Of a stretch of DNA of 64,000 bases, positions 47,950 to 57,063 are shown piece by piece. Under the pieces are notes generated by a model. It had not been told where the DNA came from and did not search any database. It saw only the letters and a program-made list of their open reading frames with translations. The stretch is from Escherichia phage RB43. Both the position numbers and the translations under genes were made by a program. The stretch's first letter is position 1. Each line of letters begins with the position of its first letter. The DNA lies in the sequence record NC_007023.1, one strand, 5' to 3'.

Positions 47950-49373
47950 TTTTTAAAACGATTGAATGTGTTCCGTCAAGTGGTAAGACAAAGGCGATTC
48001 TGAACCATATCAATCAAACGGGCGAAAAAGCAATCATAGCGTCGATTTCCATGATGTTATCAAAACAGTCTTATGACTATTACATCAATGAAGTTAAAGG
48101 GAAACGCGCTGTGATTGTGGACACGGATCACCGAACAAAACGAACCAACAACGATGCGCTGAAAGAAGTCATAAAAGATTTTGATGTGATTTTTATCACC
48201 CATGCAGCGCTAAAAAACATCGATGACTTTGATTTGTATAAGGATTATTCCTTGTATATTGATGAAGTTCCCGATCTGGTATCGTTCGAAAGTCTGCGAT
48301 TTAATAGCAATATCAAGCACATACGCGAGATTTGCTTGCCGTTTAGTTGCAATGCCGATGATATCGTTGATTTAAAACTTGACGAAGAAAAACGAGAACT
48401 GGTTACACGATTGGCCTACGATGGATTACGCAAACGTGATGATATAGCCGTTAAGATGTTTCCACTATACCGCGCTCTGTTGGGCGAAATTCCGGTAAAG
48501 ATGCAATGCAGCGATTCGGGCTATGTTTGCTACTTCGTAGAAGACCATGATGTTAGTCAGTGGAAGTTTAAAAATGTGACCATTGCTTCATCCAATATCA
48601 GAGATACGATTACAGGCAAGATCCTGAACAAGTTTCATGATGTGGAATTCGAAGAATCACCATTACAAAAGCTGGTTGACTTCAAGCAATACAAAAACAC
48701 AGGGCGCATACATATACATGTGCTCGCAGAGGGGGATTATTCGCGTTATACGGGCGATCTTTCTCAATCTGGGACGACAGTATACACTCAGATTAAAAAA
48801 CGCGTAGAGGCGCTTCTGGGAGGCGAACAGTTCATATACTGTACCAATACGTACCGATCGAAATTTAGCGACGGGCAGGAAATCCCGTATAACTCGCATG
48901 GTTTGAACTTCTATTCAAGCTATACAAACGTAGTTGCTTTGTTCAGTTACAACCCGTTACCCTGGCTGCGTCAAATGCTCCGAGCGGTTGCGGTTTCCTC
49001 CGGTTTAGAAGAGGAAGAATTAGTTGATGCGTATGTTGTCAGTAAATATTATGAACCAGCTTTCCAGTTATGCGCACGTTCTGATATTCGACACAATAAC
49101 AGCAAACGTAAAATTAATTTGTTTGTTCCTGATATGCGGTTAGCGAAATACATGAAGGAGAAGTATTTTCCTGATGCTGTAATCGAAACCTCAGAAGCAG
49201 TACAAACGAAAAGGCAGCGCAAATCATTTCAGTCTCTTTTCCAGATGACAGCACAAGAAATTAATGCTTTCAACTGGTATAAAAAGAAACACAAATTAGA
49301 TTTCGCTAATCCTCTTCACCACGCGATTGTAAAAGACTGGCTTAACAATTACCGTGAGAAAAAGGCGACTTGA
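47946..49373 (+). CDS. hypothetical protein with deviant Walker-A-like (PSSGKT) and Walker-B-like (YIDEVP) motifs
   Basis: 475 aa ORF immediately upstream of the tail-fibre module; function not recognised. Confidence 0.5.
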   Translation: MIFKTIECVPSSGKTKAILNHINQTGEKAIIASISMMLSKQSYDYYINEVKGKRAVIVDTDHRTKRTNNDALKEVIKDFDVIFITHAALKNIDDFDLYKDYSLYIDEVPDLVSFESLRFNSNIKHIREICLPFSCNADDIVDLKLDEEKRELVTRLAYDGLRKRDDIAVKMFPLYRALLGEIPVKMQCSDSGYVCYFVEDHDVSQWKFKNVTIASSNIRDTITGKILNKFHDVEFEESPLQKLVDFKQYKNTGRIHIHVLAEGDYSRYTGDLSQSGTTVYTQIKKRVEALLGGEQFIYCTNTYRSKFSDGQEIPYNSHGLNFYSSYTNVVALFSYNPLPWLRQMLRAVAVSSGLEEEELVDAYVVSKYYEPAFQLCARSDIRHNNSKRKINLFVPDMRLAKYMKEKYFPDAVIETSEAVQTKRQRKSFQSLFQMTAQEINAFNWYKKKHKLDFANPLHHAIVKDWLNNYREKKAT

Positions 49374-49388
49374 TGGTCGCCTTTTTTG
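49362..49388 (+). terminator. rho-independent terminator overlapping stop of upstream gene
   Basis: GGCGACTTGATGGTCGCC hairpin followed by TTTTTTG. Confidence 0.6.
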
Positions 49389-49390
49389 TT

Positions 49391-49398
49391 TATAAATA
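49391..49398 (+). promoter_or_regulatory. T4-type late promoter -10 box (TATAAATA) upstream of gene 34
   Basis: Exact TATAAATA about 30 nt upstream of gp34 ATG. Confidence 0.55.
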
Positions 49399-49428
49399 TC
49401 AGTATTGAATAGATAAAGGAAAACGATA

Positions 49429-52400
49429 ATGGTAGCTAAATCATTCCGCGCCACAAGTGGCCTTGATGCTGCTGGCGAAAAGGTTATCAACGTTGGTAAA
49501 GCATCCCGCTCTGTGTTGAGCGACGGCGTGAACGTTGACTTTTTTAACGAATTTAACACCGTACAACAGTACGATCCTGCTCGCGGTTATTCTGCGTTTA
49601 TGGCTATCATATATGCGCGTCGTATTTGGTATGCTCGTGCGGATATTGCATCACCAGCAGGGGCTTTTGATGAAACAAAATGGATTTCAACCCGTAACGA
49701 TCCGAAATGGGTTTATAACAACGTAACAAGTGTTGATGGTCTTCCCGTTGAATCCGGTACATACTTAATGGCTGATGGTCGTTTCTCTGAACTGACTTAT
49801 ATTCTGCCAGATGCACCAGTAGAAGGGGATATTATCACGATTAAAGATGGCGGCGGGATGGTTGGTATCAACAGTATGTTGGTACGTTCTAACACTCGTC
49901 AGATCCGTCTGCGTGATGTTCAATCCAGTTCTTACCGACTAACTCACCCATATATGACCGTTGCGTTTATTTTTAACGGTAACTTATGGCGCGTTGCTGA
50001 AATGTTAGACAACCGAGATTCACAGTTTGTGAACGCAACTGGTGCTGGATCTTTCCAGATGCAATCCGGTATGACTACATTCCGTAATAGCGGTACTGGT
50101 AAAATCACTCTTCAATTGCCGAAGTATGCAAACGATGGTGACTCCATCACAACTTACGACCTTGATAAACTGAGTTCGGTAAACGTTGCAACATTACAGG
50201 TATATCCTGGTAGCGGTCATACGATCACTTATGATAGCATTAACGGCGTAACCTCTGTTGCTTCACAGCGTTCCGGTTATGGTGTATTCATCTTTGACCA
50301 GACTAACAACCGCTGGGTTGTGTATGATGGTGATAACCGCGTTCGTCTGCGTCGTATCAGTTATGACCTGAACATGCTCCCGAACGATTATGTTTTCGTT
50401 ACTCCGATTGCTGGGAACCCTCCAACTATCCGTAACGTAACATTAACCCTCCCGCAAGATGTTGCAGAAGGGGATCGCGTGTACATCAGTATGTACATGA
50501 TGGGTAAAACACAGAACTGTACGATCAAAGTTAAAGATGGTTCCGGTGAAACAATCCGCACCAACAAAAACATGATGCAGTTCCCACAGCGTAAAGACTA
50601 TCCACCTGATGATTGGTTTAGCGTGACTACGCTTTCGTTTAACGCAGATACTGACTATCTTCCATATATGGAGTTGTCTTACCTGAAAGCAACGAAAGAA
50701 TGGGTTGTTGCACAGTATCGACCACTGGTTGAACGTGTTGATCCAACTAACCGTTCTCGTTTGGGTGTTATTGCGCTTGCTACTCAGGCAGAAGTAAACA
50801 AAAACCTGGAAGATTTGCCGTCTGATGAACTGGCAGTAACCCCGCGTACACTGGCGAATAAAACCGCTACTGAAACGCGCCGTGGTATCGCTCGCCTGGC
50901 GACGACAGCAGAAGTAAACCAGAACACTACGGCTACTTTTTTGGATGATATAATCGTAACGCCTAAAAAGCTGAACGAACGTACAGCAACAGAAGATCGT
51001 CGCGGTATACTGGAAATTGCTACTCAGGCAGAAACTAACGCTGGCACGGATGACACTACCGCAATCACGCCTAAAAAGCTCGATACGCGTCGTGCAACCG
51101 AAACCCTAGCAGGTATCGGAAAACTCGTCACCACGGGTGCTACGACTGCTGAGGGGGCTTTACGTGGGGATGCTGGTACTAACGTCTACAACTTCAATAA
51201 CGGTGTTGATCTGATCACTCCGAAATCGTTGAACGAGAAGACAGCAACCGAGAAATCGAAAGGTTTGGTTGTGCTGGCGACGGAAAACGAAGTTATTACG
51301 GGCGCTGCTGCTGGATCTGCTTCAATGCCGATCGTAGTTACTCCTGAAATGTTACATCGTAAAACGTCTACTGAGGCGCGGATCGGTTTGATTGAGATCG
51401 CAACTCAGACAGAAACCAACACAGGAACCGATGATACTCGTGCGGTAACGCCTAAAAAGCTGAATGATCGTAAAGCGACAGAAACGCTTGATGGTATTAT
51501 TGCACTGGCAACCACTGCGGAAGTTGCAGCGGGTACAGTAACGAATAAAGCGGTTGTTCCGGTTAAGTTGAAAGAGTTTTTCGACGTTGCTGGTCATATT
51601 GCTGTTGCAACTGCTGATGGTTTGACTCAATCCGGTACTATCTGGACTACGGTTAACCTGGGGATCGCGGCTGCTACTGAAACTCAACGTGGTACTTTGC
51701 GCGTTGCTACTCAGGCAGAAACAAACGCGGGTACTCTTGATACTGTTATCATCACTGCGAAGAAATTGCAAGCTAAAAAAGCTACCGACACAGCAGAAGG
51801 TATTATTCGCTGTGCAACGAATAGCGAAGCGGCTGCGGGTACTTCTACAAACCTGGCAATTACTCCGGCAACAATGCAGTATCTGAACGGTAACGATCCG
51901 GCGTGGGGTGCAACAACTACTCGTCGCGGTGCTGTATTCATTACCACTAAATCGAATACGTTCATTGGTGATAATCTGGTTGGTTCTACTCAACCTGTAG
52001 ACAGTTACCTTGAAGATTTCTATGCTGTATCGCCTCGCGGTCTTAACTTTGCCCTGCAAAACTTCTTACCGAAAATGGCAACAGCACAGAATAGCTTGAG
52101 TCTGGGTGGTGTGGTTGCTGCAAGTTGGATGCGTCGTGATGCTGATCAAACCGTAACGGGGAACAACAAGTATAACGGCACAAGCACTTTCGTGGGTAAC
52201 GTAGTTACTAACGGGACGCTGACGGCAAATGCTGCTGTAACCGTTAACGCAACAGTGACAACGAACAACAACATTAACCAATCTGCGAAAGCAAATACGG
52301 TTTATGCGAATACTGTTCTGGGTACTGCTGCTGCTGGAACCAAAAACCTGCTTCGTACTTTCCGTGGTGGTACAACGGATACTACATGGCATGAAACGGT

Positions 52401-53088
52401 TCAGGGTTCAGTGTATCGCATGGCAACGGGTGCAACTGATTTGGTTGATGTTCTGACGGTCGGTGATGTTGGTAATGGTGTGCTGGCTTACTACGGTAAT
52501 ACATTGCGCCTGAACAGCAAAGCCCTGGCAAACATTAACGCAAACGGTGATGTTACTATTGCGAGTGATGCAAGCCCTACGGTACAATTACGGACTGCTG
52601 CAACTAATGGCTGGAACGGTGTTACCATCAGTAACGACAAAGGGACAACCACAGCAACGGTGATCAACACCAGAAACTTTACCCAGCACCTTGACAGTAC
52701 GTATGTCAACGTAACGGGTGATACCATGACGGGTGCGCTGTCTGTCAACGTTAGTGGTACTGGTGGACGCTTTACCAGTGTAAGCGGTACAGCACATATT
52801 CAGGCGGGTGATTTCTCTGGCCCGATCCAGAAAATGCGCTTAACGGGTATTAACGATCAGGTATTGACTGAGTTTAACATCAATATCACCGATTACACCA
52901 AAGCGATGATCAACGGGAACCTGATTTACCATGCAGGTCGCAAACCTACTCCGGCAGAAATCGGGGCTGTTGCGGTTGCTGGTTCGACAGTAGACACGCT
53001 GGTAGTTCGCAACTACATCAAGATCGGAAACGTAAAAATCTACGCAAACCCAGTCACTAAGACTTGTGAGTTTGAGTGGGAGGAATAA
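49429..53088 (+). CDS. 34: long tail fibre proximal subunit gp34
   Basis: 1219 aa; N-terminus (...GLDAAGEKVINVG...DGVNVD...NTVQQYDPARGY...PAGAF), repeats (TLANKTATETRRGIARLATTAEVNQNTT..F.DDIIVTPKKLNERTATE) and C-terminus (IKIGNVKIYANPVTKTCEFEWEE) match T4 gp34. Confidence 0.92.
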   Translation: MVAKSFRATSGLDAAGEKVINVGKASRSVLSDGVNVDFFNEFNTVQQYDPARGYSAFMAIIYARRIWYARADIASPAGAFDETKWISTRNDPKWVYNNVTSVDGLPVESGTYLMADGRFSELTYILPDAPVEGDIITIKDGGGMVGINSMLVRSNTRQIRLRDVQSSSYRLTHPYMTVAFIFNGNLWRVAEMLDNRDSQFVNATGAGSFQMQSGMTTFRNSGTGKITLQLPKYANDGDSITTYDLDKLSSVNVATLQVYPGSGHTITYDSINGVTSVASQRSGYGVFIFDQTNNRWVVYDGDNRVRLRRISYDLNMLPNDYVFVTPIAGNPPTIRNVTLTLPQDVAEGDRVYISMYMMGKTQNCTIKVKDGSGETIRTNKNMMQFPQRKDYPPDDWFSVTTLSFNADTDYLPYMELSYLKATKEWVVAQYRPLVERVDPTNRSRLGVIALATQAEVNKNLEDLPSDELAVTPRTLANKTATETRRGIARLATTAEVNQNTTATFLDDIIVTPKKLNERTATEDRRGILEIATQAETNAGTDDTTAITPKKLDTRRATETLAGIGKLVTTGATTAEGALRGDAGTNVYNFNNGVDLITPKSLNEKTATEKSKGLVVLATENEVITGAAAGSASMPIVVTPEMLHRKTSTEARIGLIEIATQTETNTGTDDTRAVTPKKLNDRKATETLDGIIALATTAEVAAGTVTNKAVVPVKLKEFFDVAGHIAVATADGLTQSGTIWTTVNLGIAAATETQRGTLRVATQAETNAGTLDTVIITAKKLQAKKATDTAEGIIRCATNSEAAAGTSTNLAITPATMQYLNGNDPAWGATTTRRGAVFITTKSNTFIGDNLVGSTQPVDSYLEDFYAVSPRGLNFALQNFLPKMATAQNSLSLGGVVAASWMRRDADQTVTGNNKYNGTSTFVGNVVTNGTLTANAAVTVNATVTTNNNINQSAKANTVYANTVLGTAAAGTKNLLRTFRGGTTDTTWHETVQGSVYRMATGATDLVDVLTVGDVGNGVLAYYGNTLRLNSKALANINANGDVTIASDASPTVQLRTAATNGWNGVTISNDKGTTTATVINTRNFTQHLDSTYVNVTGDTMTGALSVNVSGTGGRFTSVSGTAHIQAGDFSGPIQKMRLTGINDQVLTEFNINITDYTKAMINGNLIYHAGRKPTPAEIGAVAVAGSTVDTLVVRNYIKIGNVKIYANPVTKTCEFEWEE

Positions 53089-53094
53089 TATAAA

Positions 53095-54681
53095 ATGGCG
53101 AATAACGAATTCATGGCGTTATTCGGCCCTGATAGCTTTACGGCGAATGTGTTTTCAGAAGCAAACGCCGTAAAATATCGATTGGTTGTGCGTGGGGCTA
53201 ATTTAAGCTCCACACTCAACGCAATTGAGGTTTCTATCAATGGGGCTGATATTATAAACAGAAACACACAACGAGATCGCGGAATTAACCTGGCGATTAT
53301 TGATGGAACAACGTTAGCATTACTGGATTATAAGACATTTGATATGTATGGTGATCCTACTACGAACGGGAACGCGCTTAGGGACTATTTGGGTTCTCTT
53401 CCAGCGAATCGCATTGTGTGTTTTTATAGTTACGACGCAATAGGAAGTAACGCCAACTTTACCGCAATTATGCGTAAAATTGGTTCTGTTGCATGGCCGG
53501 AAGAACGTTTTTTCTCAACCGATGATCGTCGTCGTTCGTCGTATTCTGCCATATATTCATCAACCATGAAGAAAATCTGTATGGAAAACTTCGTGGGTGG
53601 ATCTGGCAGTATATCACAGGATGATACGAGAAGTTTTGTTGAAGTTGTGTTTGACGAATTCAGCGACATCGGCGTTACTGGTATTCCTGAACGTATGGTC
53701 GATGATGTACAAACGTATCAGAACAGCGGTTCATTATATGGATATCATGGGTATGGTTCATGGAATATAGGAACCGATGTTTTTCGTGGGGATATATTCA
53801 AAGTAACTGGTGATCTGTATTGTTCACAAGAACTTCGTGACGCTGGCGGGGATACGTATCTGTATATCTGGACAGAAACTGCTGGTGCGCAATGGGTAGC
53901 GTCTTCTCTGTTGCGTACAACAAACTTAACTCCTGATACGTGGCATTCTTTGTCTATATATTTCACGATCCCGCAAGGCACAGAAAATGTCAAGATGGGT
54001 TGTCAAGTATATCATTATCCGTCAACCGTAAACGTAGGTCTTTCTCAATGTCGAAATGTACAAATCAGTAAAGTACCGCGTGAAGAAGTAAACAGAAACG
54101 GTGCTGCAATTGGTGTGAACGGTGTGCGTATGCAGACGCTTTCCGAAGTTGACACAACCGGAACTGAAAACCCGATTGAACAGTTACTTTCATTGCCTGT
54201 ATCACCTGCTGGAACTCCGAGCAATAAAACGATTGTTTCGCATAACTTCACAGAACTTGATTATCTTGTTGCAGATCCAACGGAATATACATCAACCGAT
54301 ACAACCCAATATCTTGTTAAAGAGTGGGCTAATAAACAATATGACTTTGCAAAAGTGTCATTGAGTAGTGTCGGGGCTAAACCTGGTGATGTCATCCGTA
54401 TTGCGGGACAGCTTAAACGCGATGCGACCGCGATTGCCAACAATAAACGAGCATTCATAATCATGCAGTTCCTTGATGCGAATAATCAGTATATTGGCGC
54501 ACCACAACCAGTTATTATCCAGGATGTAAGCACAGTACCAAACGTGTATACATTCTATAAAAGCGAAGGTGTCGTTCCTGCTGGTGCTGTGAACTTTGAT
54601 TTCGGTTTTTATCGTTATCCGAGCAACACAAGCACAGGATCGGTGTCAGTTAAAGACGTTAAATTGTCTATCGTTCGTTAA
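53095..54681 (+). CDS. 35: long tail fibre hinge connector, gp35-like (by position)
   Basis: 528 aa ORF between gp34 and distal-fibre genes; no strong motif recognised; assignment by synteny. Confidence 0.55.
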   Translation: MANNEFMALFGPDSFTANVFSEANAVKYRLVVRGANLSSTLNAIEVSINGADIINRNTQRDRGINLAIIDGTTLALLDYKTFDMYGDPTTNGNALRDYLGSLPANRIVCFYSYDAIGSNANFTAIMRKIGSVAWPEERFFSTDDRRRSSYSAIYSSTMKKICMENFVGGSGSISQDDTRSFVEVVFDEFSDIGVTGIPERMVDDVQTYQNSGSLYGYHGYGSWNIGTDVFRGDIFKVTGDLYCSQELRDAGGDTYLYIWTETAGAQWVASSLLRTTNLTPDTWHSLSIYFTIPQGTENVKMGCQVYHYPSTVNVGLSQCRNVQISKVPREEVNRNGAAIGVNGVRMQTLSEVDTTGTENPIEQLLSLPVSPAGTPSNKTIVSHNFTELDYLVADPTEYTSTDTTQYLVKEWANKQYDFAKVSLSSVGAKPGDVIRIAGQLKRDATAIANNKRAFIIMQFLDANNQYIGAPQPVIIQDVSTVPNVYTFYKSEGVVPAGAVNFDFGFYRYPSNTSTGSVSVKDVKLSIVR

Positions 54682-54700
54682 GGGGCTTCGGCCCCTTTTT
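54682..54700 (+). terminator. rho-independent terminator
   Basis: GGGGCTTCGGCCCC hairpin followed by TTTTTC; followed by CATAAATA late-promoter-like box. Confidence 0.6.
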
Positions 54701-54773
54701 CATAAATACAGTCATTATAGGAGAATTTTATGGCTGATTTGAAATTAGGCACAACGTTAGGTGGTGCTGCTAT

Positions 54774-57002
54774 TTGGAGTGCTTCGAATCTCCGTTATTG
54801 CCGTCAGGTGGACAAATAACGTATAAAGGCTGGCGTATCTATACCGAAAATGATCGCCCGACAGCGGAAGATATAGGGGCGTTGTCTCTTGCTAATGGTG
54901 GTACTGTTAACAATGATACGACATTCACGAAAAATATAACCGTAGGCGTTAATGCTGTTGCGGGTGCATTGTTTTCTAGATCGTACATCGATATTACTCG
55001 CGCCGGAAGTGAACCAAACATTGTTTTTCGTCGTTCTGATGTTACTACTACGCCGACGACAGAACAAGCCCTTTTAATACTTAATGCTATGAATGGGGCT
55101 AACGTTACTGCGGGTACGTTTAATATTCATGCGCGTACTGATGGCGGGAACAAAGTTTATATTACTGCGTATAAATCGGGATCACAAAATACATCATTAA
55201 CGCTAGATTCGCAACTTCAACAGGTAACGGTAGAACAAGGCACTTTCCGTGTCACTGGAAATACTGTTCTTGCTGGTGCAACTGCAACCACGTTAAACGT
55301 TACTGGGGCGTTGACTGCACAAACGGTTACTCCGGCGAACTGGCAAAATCACGATGTTCGTTATATGACGGGTATTCCGACCAACATGCAGGGAAATAGC
55401 CTAAGCGCTGCTGTTGTTACCGAAAAGAATGATGTTCTTTCCGTAAACGGTAACTTGGTTGATGGTCCTTATGGCGATAATACCTACGTGGGCCAGGTGG
55501 TAAACTATCGCCGCACGTCGAATGCGAGCAACTCGATCACTCAGTTCTTCCTTGATGGTACTGCTTTCCATATCCGTACAGGTTCTGGATCTCCTGGTGC
55601 TTGGTCTTGGACGGGTGGAGGTGCTAACGGTTGGCGTAAAGTGTATGATGAAAGTCACAAACCTACTCCGGCAGAAATCGGTGCATTGAAAAATACTACC
55701 GATACATTGAACGGTGAATTGGGTGTTATCGGTGATGTTTCTTTAAAATCACCTACAGGTCGTCATATTAAATTCGTGTATACGAAAAATGATGGTACTC
55801 AGATTGTTGATGGGTTTATCTACAAAGACGGACCTGATGCTGGTAATCGTCGTTCCGGTATTCGCATTAACTGTTATACGCCGAATAAAGAAACTGGTAA
55901 TGGGGAGTTTTCCGGTGAATTCATTTTCAACGAAAATGGTAGCTTTATTCTTCCTCCTGGCGGCACAATATATCAGGAAGGTATAACACCAGGTCTTTAC
56001 GCAAACGTTATATTAAGTGCCGCTGCTGCTGGTACTACATCATACCTTCGTAAATTCCGAGGTGGTGGCCCTGATACAATATGGCATGAGGCAGTTCGAT
56101 CTAACGTATACGCTTTGGGAACTGGCGCGACATATTCAAATGAAGTAATGACTCTCGATGACACTGGTAATCTGTCTATCAAAGGAACCCCGTCAACATC
56201 AACGAACGTTTTCCTGGATAGTGACGCAAAATCTGTTATTTGGTTTAGACATTCCGGCGGTGCGGAAAAAGGCGTTGTGTGGGCAGAGAGTGATGGTAAA
56301 TTAAAATTACGCGCAAATGCTGGCGGTTCTGCTACTTATGAGTTTTATGCTGGTATGATACACTCACAATACCCCGTATCAGGTACAGATCGCGGTATTA
56401 TTCGCGGTACTCCTGATGGGGGTGGTTGGGATCAATGGCGTGAACGTTCTGCTGCTGTATCTGTTGATGTTCCCGGTGTCAATAATAGCGCATACAGTAT
56501 CTGGAAAGCAACTTCATGGAATAACACCTATGTTGCTGCAATTGGATGTTCATATGCCCGAACTTTACACCAGGCGCCGGCCCGTGTTCGTCTGGTTCTG
56601 CAAAGTTCTGTTGCTTTCTACTTCGATGGTGATGGTAGCTTTAGTACAAGTACAGGGAACATCACGGCAGGTAATAGTGGTTACTTTAACGATGTGTATA
56701 TTCGTTCTGATGAAAAATTGAAAAGCAATTTCAATAAGATTGAAAACGCATTGGATAAGGTTGAACTGTTGAATGGTTTGACTTATGATAAAGCAAGCTA
56801 TATCGGTGGCGAAACTGTTAAGCGCGAAGCTGGTTTGATCGCACAGGAACTGCAAAAGGTATTACCGGAAGCCGTATCTGTTGGTAAGGATACCAAAGAA
56901 AACGAAGTGCTTGTTATTTCGCCAACTGCAACTATTGCATTACTGGTCGAAGCAATCAAAGAACTGCGTGAAGAAGTAAGGGAACTCAAATCCCGACAAT
57001 AA
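54774..57002 (+). CDS. long tail fibre distal subunit paralogue A (gp36/gp37-like) with C-terminal intramolecular chaperone domain; conserved N-terminus is in another frame from ATG 54730
   Basis: ORF track start is TTG 54774; upstream ATG 54730 frame encodes MADLKLGTTLGGAAIWSASN (gp36-type N-terminus) then stops 54819; body has GG.PDTIWHEAVR and C-terminal ...DVYIRSDEKLKSNF...GREAGLIAQELQKVLPEAV (S74-type chaperone). Confidence 0.7.
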   Translation: MECFESPLLPSGGQITYKGWRIYTENDRPTAEDIGALSLANGGTVNNDTTFTKNITVGVNAVAGALFSRSYIDITRAGSEPNIVFRRSDVTTTPTTEQALLILNAMNGANVTAGTFNIHARTDGGNKVYITAYKSGSQNTSLTLDSQLQQVTVEQGTFRVTGNTVLAGATATTLNVTGALTAQTVTPANWQNHDVRYMTGIPTNMQGNSLSAAVVTEKNDVLSVNGNLVDGPYGDNTYVGQVVNYRRTSNASNSITQFFLDGTAFHIRTGSGSPGAWSWTGGGANGWRKVYDESHKPTPAEIGALKNTTDTLNGELGVIGDVSLKSPTGRHIKFVYTKNDGTQIVDGFIYKDGPDAGNRRSGIRINCYTPNKETGNGEFSGEFIFNENGSFILPPGGTIYQEGITPGLYANVILSAAAAGTTSYLRKFRGGGPDTIWHEAVRSNVYALGTGATYSNEVMTLDDTGNLSIKGTPSTSTNVFLDSDAKSVIWFRHSGGAEKGVVWAESDGKLKLRANAGGSATYEFYAGMIHSQYPVSGTDRGIIRGTPDGGGWDQWRERSAAVSVDVPGVNNSAYSIWKATSWNNTYVAAIGCSYARTLHQAPARVRLVLQSSVAFYFDGDGSFSTSTGNITAGNSGYFNDVYIRSDEKLKSNFNKIENALDKVELLNGLTYDKASYIGGETVKREAGLIAQELQKVLPEAVSVGKDTKENEVLVISPTATIALLVEAIKELREEVRELKSRQ

Positions 57003-57003
57003 G

Positions 57004-57030
57004 AAAAGCCCTTCGGGGCTTTTTCTTTTT
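57004..57030 (+). terminator. rho-independent terminator
   Basis: AGCCCTTCGGGGCT hairpin followed by TTTTCTTTTT. Confidence 0.65.
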
Positions 57031-57037
57031 ATAAATA
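57030..57037 (+). promoter_or_regulatory. T4-type late promoter -10 box (TATAAATA) upstream of second distal-fibre gene
   Basis: Exact TATAAATA 27 nt upstream of ATG 57064. Confidence 0.5.
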
Positions 57038-57063
57038 TCATAAAAGCATTTGAGGATCTAATA

